A model generated the notes under the pieces. It was not told the origin of the DNA. It did no database searches and saw only the letters and a list, made by a program, of their open reading frames with translations. Of a DNA stretch of 64,000 nt, positions 13,813-64,000 are shown in pieces. Origin of the DNA: Chrysomallon squamiferum (Eukaryota > Animalia > Mollusca); the NCBI GenBank assembly GCA_012295275.1, contig CM022679.1, positions 806,001-870,000 on the forward strand. Direction: 5' to 3'. Both the position numbers and the translations under genes were made by a program. Within the stretch, counting starts at the first letter, position 1. Every line of letters starts with the position of its first letter.

Positions 13813-15039
13813 GAATTGTGTATGTAATTATATACTTCTGAACATGAAAGAGTGTTTGATTTGAACAAATAATACAGCATGAATGTGTGAAAAGATATGA
13901 TGTATATTTTGTATGACTGTGTGTATTAGTGTTTAATATAACTGGATACAAGTACAAAGAAAAATTTACAATGCGGAAGTAAACATATTGTAAATATATA
14001 TATATATATTTTTGCTGAGTTAAACAGCAAAAATAGTTTTATTAATGTGCGTTCGCTTTAATAACAAAAAAAAAAAAAAAAAAAAAAAAAAACATCCAGG
14101 AATTTGTTTGACGTAAAGCAATGACCATCCCCACTGTTGCACAAGAAACCAAATCACGTTATGACCGTGATTGCAAAATATCCGGATATTCTTCTACTTC
14201 ATCTTCATTCACACTGTTTACTGGTCAGATTTATATTACAGAAACAGAAAGCAAACGAGGCTCATTATTATGCATGAGCTCTACCACTATAATTTTGATA
14301 CTGCTTTGTGCGATAGAGTATTGCGAAATATAAAAATAAAATAAAAATACTTTGTGTGTCAGTTTGAAAATCTTTTCACGAGTGAAGATCAAATTTGTTT
14401 TATCTGTTTCAGGTACCTCTATTTCTTTTTATCTATTTCTTTTATTTGTTTTTTTTAAATTATTTTAGTTATTTGTTTATTTGTTTAATTATTAATTATT
14501 TACATACTTACCTACTAACATATATACTTATTTCTTTTTTTCTTTCTCTATTTATACATGTATTTATTCTTGTATACTATACTGTACTGAAAATGCTATT
14601 TTTAAGCCTGTGCATTTTTTAATAACAACATTCGTAACTTAAATTATTGTTTTCCTTTTTAAATAACTATTATATATTTTGTTTAATTATTTTATTTTAT
14701 TTATTATTTTATTTTTTTGAACATGAAAGAAATATTTTATGTCACTGAGCTTATGAGAAATTTTATATAAATATGCTTGAAATGTTCTAAATGTAATTTA
14801 TAATTTGTAAGATTTTGAGCGAAAAAATAAAAAGAAAGCAAAAAAGAGAGATTAAAAAAAAGAAAAAAAAAAAAGAATTTCCGTTTAACCATGCGTCATA
14901 TATGCGTTGTTTACAGATAATATAACGTGTTGTTGCTATATTGATTATTTCTACGTTGATTATATTTTATCTTACTTTATTTATTTATTTCAGTAAAGCG
15001 GTATAGCCTGGAAAGGGTTAACTTTCAGGCGAACTATAA

Positions 15040-63753
<48,714 letters not shown>

Positions 63754-63781
63754 GTACAGAGTTTCTTCAGTTTTATACTGT

Positions 63782-63813
<32 letters not shown>

Positions 63814-64000
63814 CTGTGTGTGTGTGTCTGTGTGTGTGTATAATTCAATGCAATCATAGTGATATGCATGACTGTGTGTCTTTGTCTCTGTGTGTTTCTC
63901 TGTTGTTTTTTGTGTGTATGTCTGTGTTTGTATATGAATGTGAATGTAGGTGTGTCAATACTTATCAATGTGTAAATATGAATGTGTATGTAGGTATGTA

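Overview
AT-rich, microsatellite-dense, intron-rich eukaryotic (animal) DNA. An invertebrate, possibly a mollusc, is my inference from the repeat landscape only. The window holds (i) the last four exons (413-2707, +) of an unidentified gene with a Ser/Asp-rich disordered region and a C-terminal RRM-like domain, and (ii) the 5' part of a giant ABCA-family (ABCA12/ABCA13-like) lipid transporter gene on the + strand. I reconstructed 72 GT-AG coding exons by hand from ATG 15040 to 63753. They total 13,306 nt (about 4,435 aa), every intron phase is consistent, there are no stops, and the gene runs off the window inside NBD1. The main discovery is that the ~3,900-aa first extracellular domain is a tandem array of about 16 copies of a ~220-aa module. 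Each module is encoded by a four-exon cassette (phases 2-1, 1-0, 0-0, 0-2) and 15 of the 16 carry a C-x(21-29)-C pair. The array includes a two-module duplication that looks gene-converted and a fused, intron-lost 1.5-module exon. Other oddities are a non-canonical Walker A (GHNGAAKT), an RKKR furin-like site, and many intronic tandem repeats that copy the neighbouring splice site. Most ORFs in the supplied track are microsatellite artefacts. No prokaryotic features, CRISPR arrays, tRNA or rRNA were recognised.
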